A stretch of DNA of 64,000 nucleotides. Source: Candidatus Daviesbacteria bacterium GW2011_GWA1_41_61. Its GTDB lineage: Bacteria; Patescibacteriota; Microgenomatia; Daviesbacterales; UBA10151. This document shows positions 17,320-28,137 of this stretch, piece by piece (position 1 is the first letter of the stretch; every line of letters starts with the position of its first letter). Below the pieces are notes generated by a model. The model was not told the DNA's origin, made no database searches, and was given only the letters and a program-made list of their open reading frames with translations. The position numbers were made by a program, and so were the translations under genes. The stretch spans positions 6,315-70,314 of the forward strand of contig LCBT01000002.1 in assembly GCA_000997385.1 (NCBI GenBank), written 5' to 3'.

Positions 17320-18718
17320 TCTTGCGAAGTAACAGCTTACTACCCTTCTCCCAGTGTCCAAAGCCTAAAAACTCTCTGACCCTTTTAGGAAGATGAGTTT
17401 CTTGGAAAAAAAAGTCTGGATAACGGGCAATTAGTCCCAAGGCTACCACTAAAACCCCTAAAGTAAAAAGTATCGGCGCGGTTCCAAAGACATCAGATAA
17501 TCCTCCGGCTAACACCACCGGCAAAGCTGCCACCGAGGTCATAATAACTCCCAACACGGCAAAGATCTTACCGCGATTCTTTTCATGGGTATTCTCCTGA
17601 AGGACCGTTTGACAAGGGACAATCACCGAAACAGTAAACAGGCCCAGCAGATAGGCCCCAGCTGCAAACCAAAAAGAGATAGAAGGAACTTTAAAAAAGT
17701 AGCGGAGACGAGTAAGGTGAAGGGGAAGTTCCGGAGACTGAGCAATCCGGGCAATCAGCGGTGCTGCTCCAATGAGTAAAAAAATTATTCCTGCCCCCAA
17801 GATAGCCGGGATAACCACTTGACGCTTCGGACGGTTATAAAAGAGTCTGCCCACGATCAACGAGCCGGAAACCATCCCCAGCCCCAAAGGTAACATCACA
17901 AAATATGAGGAGTCAGTAGCATGGATACGCAGCACTCTCTCCAGATAAGAGGGCATCAGCACCGCTAAAATTCCCACTACCCCCTGAATACCAGAAAGCA
18001 GAGCAATGGCTGTGGCGATATTAAGCCTGCCTCGAATAAAACGAAACGTTTCTGAAGCTTCCTCTTTAGTTACCTTAACCATCTTTTGAAGGTTACTCCA
18101 AGTGATATTTTTCCCAAATTTTTTCTCCACTGAAGAAGCCACGATGGAGGGCAAATTTTGAGCCAGCAAGAAAGCAATGGCCAGCATCCCTGCTCCCAGA
18201 AAAAAGATGGTATTAATACCAAAGATATTTAAGATTGGACCTCCTACTGAGTATCCCAACATAAAAGAGGCATATAAAGTCAAAGAAAATAAGGAGTTGG
18301 CTAAAAACAACTGTTTTTTACCTACTAACATCGGGATAGAAGAACTCTCTGAGGGCATAAAAAACTGGGCTAAGGTATTAATAAAAAAAGTATTAATTAA
18401 AATCAGCAGGAAAGACCCTTTAATAAAGATAAACAAGACAAAAGAGACAGCCAAAAGCAGATCAATTAAAATAATAATCTTCTTTCGGTCAGTGACATCC
18501 ACAAACACTCCGGCAAAGATGCCAAAAAGAATCGCCGGCAGATAAATTGACAGCATTAAGGCCGAGACAGCTAAGTTGGAATCAATCAATTTAAAAACCC
18601 AAACAATTAAAGCAAAATTTAAGGTATTATAGGCCAGTTGGACTAGGATTTGGTTGATCCATAAAGATCTGAAACCCCGGTTGGAAATGACAGCAAGATA
18701 AGTAGGTTTTTCTGACAT
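17309..18718 (-). CDS. MFS transporter
   Basis: 12-14 TM helices with an MFS-like loop motif; 469 aa. Confidence 0.5.
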   Translation of the reverse strand: MSEKPTYLAVISNRGFRSLWINQILVQLAYNTLNFALIVWVFKLIDSNLAVSALMLSIYLPAILFGIFAGVFVDVTDRKKIIILIDLLLAVSFVLFIFIKGSFLLILINTFFINTLAQFFMPSESSSIPMLVGKKQLFLANSLFSLTLYASFMLGYSVGGPILNIFGINTIFFLGAGMLAIAFLLAQNLPSIVASSVEKKFGKNITWSNLQKMVKVTKEEASETFRFIRGRLNIATAIALLSGIQGVVGILAVLMPSYLERVLRIHATDSSYFVMLPLGLGMVSGSLIVGRLFYNRPKRQVVIPAILGAGIIFLLIGAAPLIARIAQSPELPLHLTRLRYFFKVPSISFWFAAGAYLLGLFTVSVIVPCQTVLQENTHEKNRGKIFAVLGVIMTSVAALPVVLAGGLSDVFGTAPILFTLGVLVVALGLIARYPDFFFQETHLPKRVREFLGFGHWEKGSKLLLRKNVS

Positions 18719-18841
18719 ACAAAAATTAATCCACCAAACCTTAAGGCAGGTGGAGTTAAAAGATATTATACAGCAAAAAGAGAAAGCTATTGCGAACTTT
18801 CTCTGGATGGCTACTGATACAATCTATGACTAACAGTCCAC

Positions 18842-19213
18842 CTATGGTGAGATGATTTTAATATCCTTCATGGGGAAATCAGCTTTGTTATTGGTCACTA
18901 AAGTTAAATTATGAAGCTTTGCTTGAGCAGCTATAAAATAATCCAGAAGTTGTATTCTTCGCTGTTTTAAGAACTTTTTCCTATATTCTCCAGCTAATTG
19001 AGCAACTTTGAGATCAACCCCTAGAACCTGGAAAGCGGCTAATAATCTTTCAAGCTCCATGTCTTCCCCTTCTGATGATTGAGATAAAAACTCAGCCACA
19101 GGAATGACTGATAAAATGAGTTGCTTTTTAGTGATAATTTTTTGTAAAAAACTGTAATCCGGATCTTGTTTACTAATAGCTAAAATTAAAACATTGGTAT
19201 CTACTAAATACAT
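18842..19213 (-). CDS. vapC: PIN-domain toxin (VapC-like)
   Basis: MYLVDTNVLI with acidic PIN residues. Adjacent to a small antitoxin gene. Confidence 0.55.
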   Translation of the reverse strand: MYLVDTNVLILAISKQDPDYSFLQKIITKKQLILSVIPVAEFLSQSSEGEDMELERLLAAFQVLGVDLKVAQLAGEYRKKFLKQRRIQLLDYFIAAQAKLHNLTLVTNNKADFPMKDIKIISP

Positions 19214-19219
19214 TTACAG

Positions 19220-19480
19220 TTACAGTATTTTCCTATCTTTACGAATCTCTCTTTGCCACTTAATCACATCAATCCCTTCCCAACCACTTTTAGTTACAAG
19301 GTTACCCAGCTCTGCCGCTAATTTTTTCAAGCCCTCTTTCTCTTTCTTCTCCTTCTGAAGACGATCTTCTGCTGCTTTCCGCAAATACTCTGCTAGGGTT
19401 TCATGTTTCTCACGGCGATCTCTATCAATCGCTTCTCTTAACTCTTTTGGTAAATAGATCTGAGTTCTAGTGGCTTGCAT
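19220..19480 (-). CDS. putative antitoxin (VapB/RHH-like)
   Basis: 86 aa, charged, located immediately upstream of the PIN gene. Confidence 0.4.
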   Translation of the reverse strand: MQATRTQIYLPKELREAIDRDRREKHETLAEYLRKAAEDRLQKEKKEKEGLKKLAAELGNLVTKSGWEGIDVIKWQREIRKDRKIL

Positions 19481-19520
19481 ACATCACTATTATACATCAC
19501 TTTCAAAACCTGTCAATCAT

Positions 19521-20585
19521 TTAAGCTGTATTTTGTGGGGGAAGATGCTTATTAAGCCGGTGTAGCCTATGTAATAAGTAGGTTGAGACTTTGGCGACAG
19601 ATTCTGCTCTAAAAAGCGGCACTCCGTGATGCCCCACTCTTTTTGCCACCACCATCTTCACTGCTGGACTACTTTTAAAGAGGTTTGCTTTTAGATATTC
19701 TTCACGCAAATCCGGAGTCGGGACATCTCTTGATGGAGTAATTTTCTCAGGAGACGATACTGGATCCATACTACCTTGTACTAAAATAATTGGTGCCGTT
19801 ACCTCAGACATTCTGGGATTAATTGCGCCCATTTCTCTTATCTCGTTAATAATCCTTTTCGGGTATTCTAGCCTAGATCTGCCCATCTCTTTTACAATCC
19901 CAAGGAACACGTCTAGCCCAACTGCTCCTGAATCTACTACTTTCCCTGCTTGAATTGCTTTAGATAAAAGATCTGGCGCAAATTTTCGGAAAAAGGTTCT
20001 GTATCTTATTCCCTCACCTAACCTTCTAAAAAATGCTGCACCTGATGTTTTGGGTGTACCTAAGAGAGAGTCAGCAGCAAATTTTCCTGCCAACTCTCCC
20101 TTTCCCTGCTCATATAAACCAGTTGAATCCATCAGTATTACTCCTTCTACCTGAATCTCTGGGTCCTGTTTGGAAAGTTCCTGTAGTATTACAGCCACGT
20201 TAATTGCTTTATCTCCCCCCTGAGAATTACCTGCCAAAATCACCCTTTTAATACCCTTCTCTTGAATCAGTTTGACAATAGCCTGAGATTCTTTATAAAG
20301 AGAGTTCGGAATAACTTGCTCTGCCCGAGTTGTTATAGCATAGGTGATACCTGATTGATCAGCAAAAGCTTGGCCTAATAACTCTACGGATTTTCCTCCC
20401 AAATTTGCCGACCACCCTGGAAGCACAATTGTGGCCATACCGGAGGTAGAATTTTCTTCTACTTTTAAAGAATCCTCTTGAAGTAAAAATCTCTTTGCTT
20501 TTACCTCGATAGGGATATTGTCTACAAGATAGTTACGAGTCTCTATTTTATCCTCCGTTCGAGCCTCAACTTCAGATATTTCCAT
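19521..20585 (-). CDS. alpha/beta-hydrolase fold protein (esterase/lipase-like)
   Basis: GNSQGG nucleophile elbow (GxSxG). Confidence 0.4.
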   Translation of the reverse strand: MEISEVEARTEDKIETRNYLVDNIPIEVKAKRFLLQEDSLKVEENSTSGMATIVLPGWSANLGGKSVELLGQAFADQSGITYAITTRAEQVIPNSLYKESQAIVKLIQEKGIKRVILAGNSQGGDKAINVAVILQELSKQDPEIQVEGVILMDSTGLYEQGKGELAGKFAADSLLGTPKTSGAAFFRRLGEGIRYRTFFRKFAPDLLSKAIQAGKVVDSGAVGLDVFLGIVKEMGRSRLEYPKRIINEIREMGAINPRMSEVTAPIILVQGSMDPVSSPEKITPSRDVPTPDLREEYLKANLFKSSPAVKMVVAKRVGHHGVPLFRAESVAKVSTYLLHRLHRLNKHLPPQNTA

Positions 20586-20590
20586 AAATA

Positions 20591-21451
20591 TTATTTCTGG
20601 CAGTCAGGGCAAAAGTATGTTCCTCTGCCTGCCTGAGTAATTTTGACTACTTTATCTGGGCAGCCCCGGCAAGCTTGACCATCCTTACCATAAACATTAG
20701 CAAAGTCTAAGAAATAACCCTTTTGTCCATCTACATTAACAAAATGAGCTCTGGTAGAGCCACCCTTTTCAATGGAAAGTCTAAGTGAATCTAAAATTCC
20801 CCTATGAAGTTTTTTAAATTCTTCATCAGTGATAGTATTTACCAATCTTCTGGGATCTACTCTGGCTAAAAATAAACTTTCTGAAGTATAGATATTACCA
20901 ATACCAGCGATTAAACTTTGGTCCATTAAAGCCACTTTGATTGGTGTTTTCTTCCTTTTCAAAAGATTATCTTTTAGCACCTGCCAGGTAAAGTCTTTTT
21001 CTAAAGGTTCAGGCCCCAACTCCCCCAAAAGCTTCTTTTCTTCAGCTTCAATCCGAGAGGTAGGAATAACCTTCACCCAGCCAAACTGACGTTGATCATT
21101 AAAGTAAAGGTGAGACCCATCATCAAAAGAAAAGATCACTACAGTACTTTTATTGGGCATCGGACCAAGCATATCCTTTGTGGGATGTCCCCCGGTGATT
21201 TTTTCCTTGCCCTTTTCAAAAATTAATTGTCCGGTCATCTTTAAATGGAAAAGAAGGGTTAAATCCGAAGTTAAGTCTATGCCTAGCATCTTAGCTCTTC
21301 GCCATATATTGAGTACTTTTTTACCCTGTAGTAATTTATTATCCCCTTGGAAGGTTTTAGGACGAATAAGCTCAATATTAGTAATCTCCAAACCAACAAT
21401 TTTTTTCTCCAGGCCTAGTCTAATAGTTTCCACCTCAGGAAGCTCCGGCAT
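20591..21451 (-). CDS. mutM: formamidopyrimidine-DNA glycosylase (Fpg/MutM/Nei family)
   Basis: MPELPEVE N-terminus and a C-terminal zinc finger CRGCPDKV...CPDC. Confidence 0.7.
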   Translation of the reverse strand: MPELPEVETIRLGLEKKIVGLEITNIELIRPKTFQGDNKLLQGKKVLNIWRRAKMLGIDLTSDLTLLFHLKMTGQLIFEKGKEKITGGHPTKDMLGPMPNKSTVVIFSFDDGSHLYFNDQRQFGWVKVIPTSRIEAEEKKLLGELGPEPLEKDFTWQVLKDNLLKRKKTPIKVALMDQSLIAGIGNIYTSESLFLARVDPRRLVNTITDEEFKKLHRGILDSLRLSIEKGGSTRAHFVNVDGQKGYFLDFANVYGKDGQACRGCPDKVVKITQAGRGTYFCPDCQK

Positions 21452-21460
21452 AAGGCTATT

Positions 21461-21721
21461 CTAATCAGAAGTAAGACGAGAAGCAAGGTCCGGAACATTC
21501 GGTAAGGAAACCACCCTTCGGCATTCAAATTCACGTCGAAGTTGTTCAGGAGTAGGTAAAGTTCCAAAACGACCTCCAGTCACATGCATTAAAAATCTTC
21601 TTCTAAAATCTGTTAATAACTCTTTTACTCTAAATCCACCTGTGACTACTGGAAATTCCTCTCTTTGATCAACTCTATCTCTAGAACGACCCTCACATAA
21701 AATACCTTCTGCCCAAGACAT
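21461..21721 (-). CDS. hypothetical small protein
   Basis: ORF only; Arg-rich. Confidence 0.2.
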   Translation of the reverse strand: MSWAEGILCEGRSRDRVDQREEFPVVTGGFRVKELLTDFRRRFLMHVTGGRFGTLPTPEQLRREFECRRVVSLPNVPDLASRLTSD

Positions 21722-21751
21722 ACTTTTAGTCTATCTTATCCCAAAGAGAAA

Positions 21752-22897
21752 TCAACCCTTTAAATTTTTAGCAACAAGGTCTAAAATTTCTTTTTTAAAT
21801 CTCTCTTTAGAAAACTTGGCAGCTTGCTTTTTTAAGTCTTCTGCCTGGTACTTGCTGGGATCAAAATCCTTTAGTAGTTCCATTAAACTCTCCACTGTTA
21901 CCTGTCCATCTTCTCCTTCAAAAAACTCTCCAGTCTTACCCTCTACTACCGTTTCCAAAAATCCCCCGGCTCTGACAGCAATAACCGGAGTTCCGGCAGC
22001 CATGGATTCTACCGGGACTATTCCAAAATCCTCATCTTCCGAGGCCACAATAGTAGCTTTGGCCCCAGCTAAGAACTGGACCCTTTCCTCATCACTGACA
22101 TTACCTACAAACTCGATAGTTTCACCAGCCAAAGACTTTAACCTGGCAAGCTCCGGCCCACTGCCTGCTACCTTCAGCGATAAATTAAGTTTGGTGCAAG
22201 CCTCAACGATGATTTCAGTCCCCTTCCCCCTAACCAATCTTCCTAAAGATAAGTAATACCCTTCTTTTGAATTTTGACTTTTGAATTTCTCTATATCTAC
22301 CGGAGGATAAATAACTACTGCTTCCCGCCGGTAAAATTTTTTAATCCTGGCAGCTACATTTTGAGAGTTAGCCACTAAGATATCCGGCCTTTGTGAAACT
22401 TCAAAATCAACAATCCTTAAAAAATGACTAGCTGTCTCACCTAAAAACCTAATGATAGGATTTTTTTTGTAGTTGAAGGCTGTCGCATAGCCGTACAAGT
22501 ACCTCGGGGGAGTATGGATATAAGCAATATGCAAAGCCCCAGGCCTTGTGATCACTGCCTTGGAAAAATAGGCTGCAGAAGAAGATATAACTAAATCATA
22601 GTCACTTAAATCAAAACTTTCAAACATTAAGGGAGCAAAAATTCGAAGGGGCGAAAGAAGATATCTGGCCCCAGGTACTCTTTGTAACCAGGAGCAACGG
22701 ATATCCCATTGTTGAATCTCTTTGGTATTAGGACCTAAACCCCTTAAATCTAACAAAGAAGTGTATATCGGAGCTTGGGGAAAAAGCTCATGTAAAGCCT
22801 CTAAAACTCTCTCTGCTCCCCCATAGGAGCTTAAGTAATCATGAACCAAAGCTACTTTCATCCTTAAATTATCTGCCACTTTGCCTGTATACTTCAA
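21752..22897 (-). CDS. glycosyltransferase family 4 (GT-B)
   Basis: EDFGIVPVESMAAGTPVIA motif. Confidence 0.6.
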   Translation of the reverse strand: MKYTGKVADNLRMKVALVHDYLSSYGGAERVLEALHELFPQAPIYTSLLDLRGLGPNTKEIQQWDIRCSWLQRVPGARYLLSPLRIFAPLMFESFDLSDYDLVISSSAAYFSKAVITRPGALHIAYIHTPPRYLYGYATAFNYKKNPIIRFLGETASHFLRIVDFEVSQRPDILVANSQNVAARIKKFYRREAVVIYPPVDIEKFKSQNSKEGYYLSLGRLVRGKGTEIIVEACTKLNLSLKVAGSGPELARLKSLAGETIEFVGNVSDEERVQFLAGAKATIVASEDEDFGIVPVESMAAGTPVIAVRAGGFLETVVEGKTGEFFEGEDGQVTVESLMELLKDFDPSKYQAEDLKKQAAKFSKERFKKEILDLVAKNLKG

Positions 22898-23969
22898 GTG
22901 TCTTTCTGGCTGTCCTTTGCCAGGAAAACTTTTTTACTCTCTCAAAACCTTTTTTGCGTAAATCATCAGCTAATTTTTTATTAGAAATGACTTTCCACAC
23001 AGCAGTAGCAATATCTCCACTATCATAAGGATCAACTAAAATTGCCGCTCCTCTACTGACTTCCGGCATCGAAGAGATTTTAGATGTAACCACCGGGGTA
23101 CCACAAGCAAAAGCCTTAAGCAAAGACAGCCCAAACCCTTCAAATAAAGACGGGTAAACTAATATTAAAGCCCCACTATAAAGTGCGGGTAGATCTTCAT
23201 CAGGGACCCAGTTAGTGAAAATGACATCTTTACCAAGACGAAGCTTTTTTACTAATTCAAAAATTTCTTCGTACAACCATCCCTTTTTCCCAACCATTAC
23301 TAAAGGTTTCATTTTGGGGTGCTTAGTTTTTAGCTGATAATAAGCCTCAATTAATCGAAGAGGGTTTTTCCGTGGCTCTAAAGTAGCATTGTATAAAAGA
23401 TATCTTGCTGGTAAGTTATATTTACTTAATATTTTTTTTACGCTTTCATTAGGGATTGGTCGATAGGAATCATCAACTGCACAATAAATAACTGAAATTT
23501 TATCTTTGTTAACTTTAGCAATTTTTATGATATCATTCTTCGTAGATTGAGAGATAGCTAGAACTTTACCTGTTCTTTTGGCTGCCAAGCTAAATAATAA
23601 TCTTCCTAAAAATTTCACCTTTAAAGAATGAGTTTGAGCAAATAATATAGAAGAGGCATCTAAAAAGGTCGTAATTGTTCTGTTACCTAAAATTACAGGG
23701 ATAATAAAGCTGTGAGTCGAGTGATAAAGATCTATTTTATTAATCAGAATATCCAGAACAACTAAAAAGTGCCACAATATCCCTGAATTTTTTATCACCT
23801 TCTTATGAATTTTCAAATTGGGAAGATTTATTTCAAAGTCATTATCAGCATAAAGATAAAATTCATTATTGGCAGCTCTCTTATTAAGCCCTATTAGTAA
23901 GCCATAAACGTAATAACCGATTCCCGCCCGCTGACCAATTAATGGCCTAACATCAATACCAATACGCAT
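22869..23969 (-). CDS. glycosyltransferase family 4 (GT-B)
   Basis: FEGFGLSLLKAFACGTPVVTS motif. Confidence 0.55.
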   Translation of the reverse strand: MRIGIDVRPLIGQRAGIGYYVYGLLIGLNKRAANNEFYLYADNDFEINLPNLKIHKKVIKNSGILWHFLVVLDILINKIDLYHSTHSFIIPVILGNRTITTFLDASSILFAQTHSLKVKFLGRLLFSLAAKRTGKVLAISQSTKNDIIKIAKVNKDKISVIYCAVDDSYRPIPNESVKKILSKYNLPARYLLYNATLEPRKNPLRLIEAYYQLKTKHPKMKPLVMVGKKGWLYEEIFELVKKLRLGKDVIFTNWVPDEDLPALYSGALILVYPSLFEGFGLSLLKAFACGTPVVTSKISSMPEVSRGAAILVDPYDSGDIATAVWKVISNKKLADDLRKKGFERVKKFSWQRTARKTLEVYRQSGR

Positions 23970-23970
23970 A

Positions 23971-26022
23971 TTATTTATTATTAATTATTTCTTCTAACAT
24001 CTGTATACTTTTATCCCATCTCCATTGTTTTACAGTCTCTTGACCACCTTTTTGGAGCTTTGTAAATAGCTTCTTGTCCTTGGCCAACCTGCTGATAGCT
24101 TTATTGGCACCTTCAATATCTCCTGAATCTATTACTAAAGCATTTTCTCCATCCTTGATATACTCATCGAAACCACTAACTTTAGCCACTATTGGGACTC
24201 CCCCGCAAGCCATCATCTCTAAAGGGGGTCCAAAAAAGCCCTCTACTTTGGACATTTTAAGTATGAGATCACAAGAAGAGTATATCTGTCTCATCTCCTC
24301 CATGGGGACCTTTCCCAAAAATTTATCACATTTCCATTCAGACTTAGGCTTACCTAATGAACTGACGCACCAAACTTCACAGTCTAGATCTTTAACAGCA
24401 GCGAAGGAATCAGTCATACCTTTATAGGGAATATCTATTGGCCCTTCAAGTAAAACTCTAAACTTACCTTTTGGCTTAGGGGCCAGCGGGTCACAGGAAT
24501 AAAAGATATCAATATTAACACCGTTAGGAACATATCCTACCTCCTTGTTAAATTCCTCTTTGAGCCACTTTTGAATCCATTTAGCCTCAGTCATAAACTC
24601 ATAGTCCATCTTATAAGTAGCTTCAACTCTGGCTACAAAATCTTTATCTATTAAAGAAAACCGTCTTTCGTCTGATTGCACAAAATAGAGCCTCCTCTGG
24701 GCTTTTATTCTTTGACCACTATAAGCAGTGGACCAACCTGTCATGACCAAAATATCAATATTTTCTAACTGATCTGCTTCTTTGATTGTTACCACCCGAA
24801 CCGCTTGTCCAGGAAACCAGCTTAAATCAGTTTTTCTTCCCTCAACAATAATTAATGGATCATAACCTTTATGGAGTAGTCTATTGACGTGTTCACACAC
24901 CACCGCCACACCTCCACTAACTCCGTTATCAGGTAACAAGTAAGCAATCTTTAATGGTAAACTTTTCTTTGTTAAATAACTTATAAGTGCTTTCTGATGC
25001 CATTTTTTATCTTCTTGTTTAAAATTCAATTCGTTATTTCCTGCATGTAACCTTAAATTAGTCAATATTTTAGGGATTGATTTAAATTTATATCCCCAAT
25101 GGAGTAATCTGAGCCACAGTTCATGATCCTCATGGTATTCAATTTGAGGATTTAAACCTCCTACATCAAGAAGGGCCTGGCGTTTTACCATGACCGTACT
25201 TTGACACGGGATACAACTTCTCTTCATTAAGGGCAAGGTACATTGTGGACTATAGATCACTTGCCCATTTTTTATATCAATATCTTTTCTTGAACCATCT
25301 ACTAACGCTCTCCACCCACCATAAACAACATCAATCTTATATTTGTGCATATATGTAAGAGACAGTTTTAACCTTTGAGGATCAGCCACATCATCAGAAT
25401 CCTGAAAGGCAATATATTCACCTTTAGCTTCTTTTATCCCCTTATTCCTTCCTCGAACAGCATTTCCTGACTGTTTAAAATAATGAAAAATCCTCACCTT
25501 GGGATGATTTTTATAGCTATTAACTATTTTCATCGTTTCAGTAGGAGATCCATCAGTCACGATTATTAATTCGTAGTTTAGATATGTTTGATGAAGTATC
25601 GACTCTATAGACTCTTTCAGCTCCCAAGTACAATTGTAAACAGGCATAACTACGGTTATTAAAGAGCAGCTATTTAAAGTATATCTTGGCTCTAATTTTT
25701 GTCCGATCCACAATTTCAAAAGAAGACTTTTCCCCCAAGCTAAAAAAAGCAGTTTTTTAAATTTTGTAATAAATTTACATTTGAAACTATATAATTTATA
25801 GATCGATGAATCTTTATATTTTGTTACTTCAACTAACATAATCTCAATCTGATTTTCTAAGTTAGAAATTAACCGAGTTTGCTCATCCAGCTTTTTAATC
25901 GATTTGGCAAGTTGACTCTTTAAAAGTTGTTTTTCCCTTATGGATTTGGATAATTCTCTATTTAAATCATCAATCGTAGTTAACAGCTTATTCTTTAGTA
26001 ATGGTTTATTGCTTTTTGTCAC
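23971..26022 (-). CDS. multidomain glycosyltransferase: N-terminal coiled coil + GT2 + C-terminal GT4-like domain
   Basis: ~90 aa of heptad-rich sequence. VVMPVYNC...IIVTDGS GT2 DxD region. C-terminal EGFFGPPLEMMACGGVPIV. Confidence 0.55.
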   Translation of the reverse strand: MTKSNKPLLKNKLLTTIDDLNRELSKSIREKQLLKSQLAKSIKKLDEQTRLISNLENQIEIMLVEVTKYKDSSIYKLYSFKCKFITKFKKLLFLAWGKSLLLKLWIGQKLEPRYTLNSCSLITVVMPVYNCTWELKESIESILHQTYLNYELIIVTDGSPTETMKIVNSYKNHPKVRIFHYFKQSGNAVRGRNKGIKEAKGEYIAFQDSDDVADPQRLKLSLTYMHKYKIDVVYGGWRALVDGSRKDIDIKNGQVIYSPQCTLPLMKRSCIPCQSTVMVKRQALLDVGGLNPQIEYHEDHELWLRLLHWGYKFKSIPKILTNLRLHAGNNELNFKQEDKKWHQKALISYLTKKSLPLKIAYLLPDNGVSGGVAVVCEHVNRLLHKGYDPLIIVEGRKTDLSWFPGQAVRVVTIKEADQLENIDILVMTGWSTAYSGQRIKAQRRLYFVQSDERRFSLIDKDFVARVEATYKMDYEFMTEAKWIQKWLKEEFNKEVGYVPNGVNIDIFYSCDPLAPKPKGKFRVLLEGPIDIPYKGMTDSFAAVKDLDCEVWCVSSLGKPKSEWKCDKFLGKVPMEEMRQIYSSCDLILKMSKVEGFFGPPLEMMACGGVPIVAKVSGFDEYIKDGENALVIDSGDIEGANKAISRLAKDKKLFTKLQKGGQETVKQWRWDKSIQMLEEIINNK

Positions 26023-26920
26023 TCAAAACCCACCTCCTGATCTTATGATAAACTCCTCTAATTTTAAAAAATTTGGATGCCTGAACAGCAGCCAGCTCTT
26101 GTTGCAAAGCATTTATCTTAAACTCCATTAAATTAAATTGTTCTGTCAAGGATACAAATCCTCGTCTTAGATCAAATCCAGAGACATAACGTGAGTTCAT
26201 CAAAACTGGCTGTAATGAAGGTATTGGATAGTCTGAACAAACAGCCAAAACAAACTCCGAGTTTGCAATGTCTCCAGGGGGAAGAAACCCAAGATAGCTA
26301 TCCTTAATAAAATCTTCTTCTAATGATACTTCTAGTTGTCGGTCTTTTTTTATAACATGGGAAAATTCGAAACCTTCTTGGTAAAGGTCAACTTCTTTAT
26401 AATAGCTTTTTAAAAGCCTTAGGAAATCTTTTGGATATATTTCATTTTTATGAAAGGGGTTCCCTTTTGGAGATGTATGTTTGTTAGGTGTTGAAACCAC
26501 AAAAAAACCGTCCTCTTTCAAAACCCTCTTCGATTGTTGAAGTAATTCATCGACCATCTGTAAATGTTCAATCACTTCAAAGCAAACAATCACCTCTAAA
26601 GAATGGTTTGGAAAGTGTTTTAACTCTTCAACATCATCCAGAAGATAATTGATATTTTTTAGGGAATAATTTTGCTGAGCATAATTAATAGCCTCAGGGG
26701 TAATATCAATTCCATAAACTCTTTTAGCTTTACCATACTCAGAGAGGATAAAACTGCCATACCCAGTCCCACATCCAGCATCAAGTACGACCTTCCCCTT
26801 GGTAAGTTGAGAAGCAAAAAGATACCTTGATAGATGTTCATAAAAATATGCCTTGCCCCTATCTAGCTTTGGCACTAGCCTTTCACCGGTAGATTTAATA
26901 GCTGATTTTTTTTTGTTCAT
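26006..26920 (-). CDS. class I SAM-dependent methyltransferase with C-terminal coiled coil
   Basis: VLDAGCGTGYGS motif I. The C-terminus (KINALQQELAAVQ) overlaps the start of the coiled-coil GT. Confidence 0.55.
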   Translation of the reverse strand: MNKKKSAIKSTGERLVPKLDRGKAYFYEHLSRYLFASQLTKGKVVLDAGCGTGYGSFILSEYGKAKRVYGIDITPEAINYAQQNYSLKNINYLLDDVEELKHFPNHSLEVIVCFEVIEHLQMVDELLQQSKRVLKEDGFFVVSTPNKHTSPKGNPFHKNEIYPKDFLRLLKSYYKEVDLYQEGFEFSHVIKKDRQLEVSLEEDFIKDSYLGFLPPGDIANSEFVLAVCSDYPIPSLQPVLMNSRYVSGFDLRRGFVSLTEQFNLMEFKINALQQELAAVQASKFFKIRGVYHKIRRWVLSDKKQ

Positions 26921-26922
26921 AA

Positions 26923-28137
26923 TTACTTAATATTAATAAAGTGGGGAAAATTTAATAAACTCCCGGTAGAATAAGGCTTTTTGACTGAAAAAAAGGCTGA
27001 ATTTTCTCTCCAGGTGTAAAAATTAAGACCATTTTTATAAGCCACAGCAGGAGAAATAGAATATCTACCATTATCCCAATAATTTTTAAATTCCCAACTG
27101 ACTATTTTCTCCGTTCCTTTTTTGAAATTACCAGTTTTAATCCCTAATAAATGAGTATTAGAAGTCATTGCCACTTTATCATCAGAGGTTTTTATAACAA
27201 TCCCAAAAATTGGATCAGTTGCATCTTCTAAGAACTTAACCTTAAAAGAAATTCTTATTATCTCTTCAGCAAAAAGGTTTCTTTTGCTTCCTTTTTTATC
27301 TTCAGTCCTAACATCAATTATTTTCGCCTTCCCATCTCCACGTCTTAAATCATCTTTATCTAAGCCTTTATTATCTTCTCTAGTCTGAGTGTTTATAGAT
27401 TCTAGATAGCCAGTAATTACCTTATCAGATGTCCCAGTTAAAATTAGTCTTCCGTCATAAATAAGGAGAACTTTGTTACAAACATTTCTAACTGCTTCCA
27501 TACTATGAGAAACAAAGATAATTGTTACCCCTTGGTCTTTAAATTGATTAATTTTTCCAAAGCATTTATTTTGAAATGCCATATCCCCTACTGCTAAAAT
27601 CTCATCAATGATTAAAATATCCGGGTTGGTATGGACAGCAATAGAAAACCCTAGTCTCATATACATTCCTGAGGAATAATGCTTTATCGGAGTATCGATA
27701 AAATCACCTAATCCAGAGAATTCGACAATTTCTGCAAACTTTTCCTCAATCTCTTTTTTGGATAAACCTAAAATAGTTCCATTTAAATAAATATTCTCTC
27801 TCCCTGTAAGCTCTGGATGAAAACCAGCTCCCAATTCAATTAAAGGGCTAATTCTCCCCTCAACAGTTATTTTCCCTTGGGTGGGTTTTAAAACCCCCGC
27901 TATTAACTTTAAAATAGTGCTTTTACCGGAACCATTAGTCCCAATTATTCCTACTGACTCACCTTTATTAATTTGGAAACTAACATCTTTTAAAGCCCAA
28001 AAATCCCCTTTTCCCTTAGGTCTAAAAAGATCCACTAGCGCTTCCTTTAAAAAAAGTTTTTGCCCTTTACGGAACTTTTTACTAACATTATTAAATTTGA
28101 TAGCACTATTATTTGACATATTAGATGACATCAGCAA
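26923..28137 (-). CDS. wzt: ABC transporter ATP-binding protein, Wzt/TagH-like with C-terminal ~150-aa extension
   Basis: GIIGTNGSGKST Walker A, LSGG-like signature, and an extra C-terminal beta-rich domain. Confidence 0.65.
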   Translation of the reverse strand: MLMSSNMSNNSAIKFNNVSKKFRKGQKLFLKEALVDLFRPKGKGDFWALKDVSFQINKGESVGIIGTNGSGKSTILKLIAGVLKPTQGKITVEGRISPLIELGAGFHPELTGRENIYLNGTILGLSKKEIEEKFAEIVEFSGLGDFIDTPIKHYSSGMYMRLGFSIAVHTNPDILIIDEILAVGDMAFQNKCFGKINQFKDQGVTIIFVSHSMEAVRNVCNKVLLIYDGRLILTGTSDKVITGYLESINTQTREDNKGLDKDDLRRGDGKAKIIDVRTEDKKGSKRNLFAEEIIRISFKVKFLEDATDPIFGIVIKTSDDKVAMTSNTHLLGIKTGNFKKGTEKIVSWEFKNYWDNGRYSISPAVAYKNGLNFYTWRENSAFFSVKKPYSTGSLLNFPHFINIK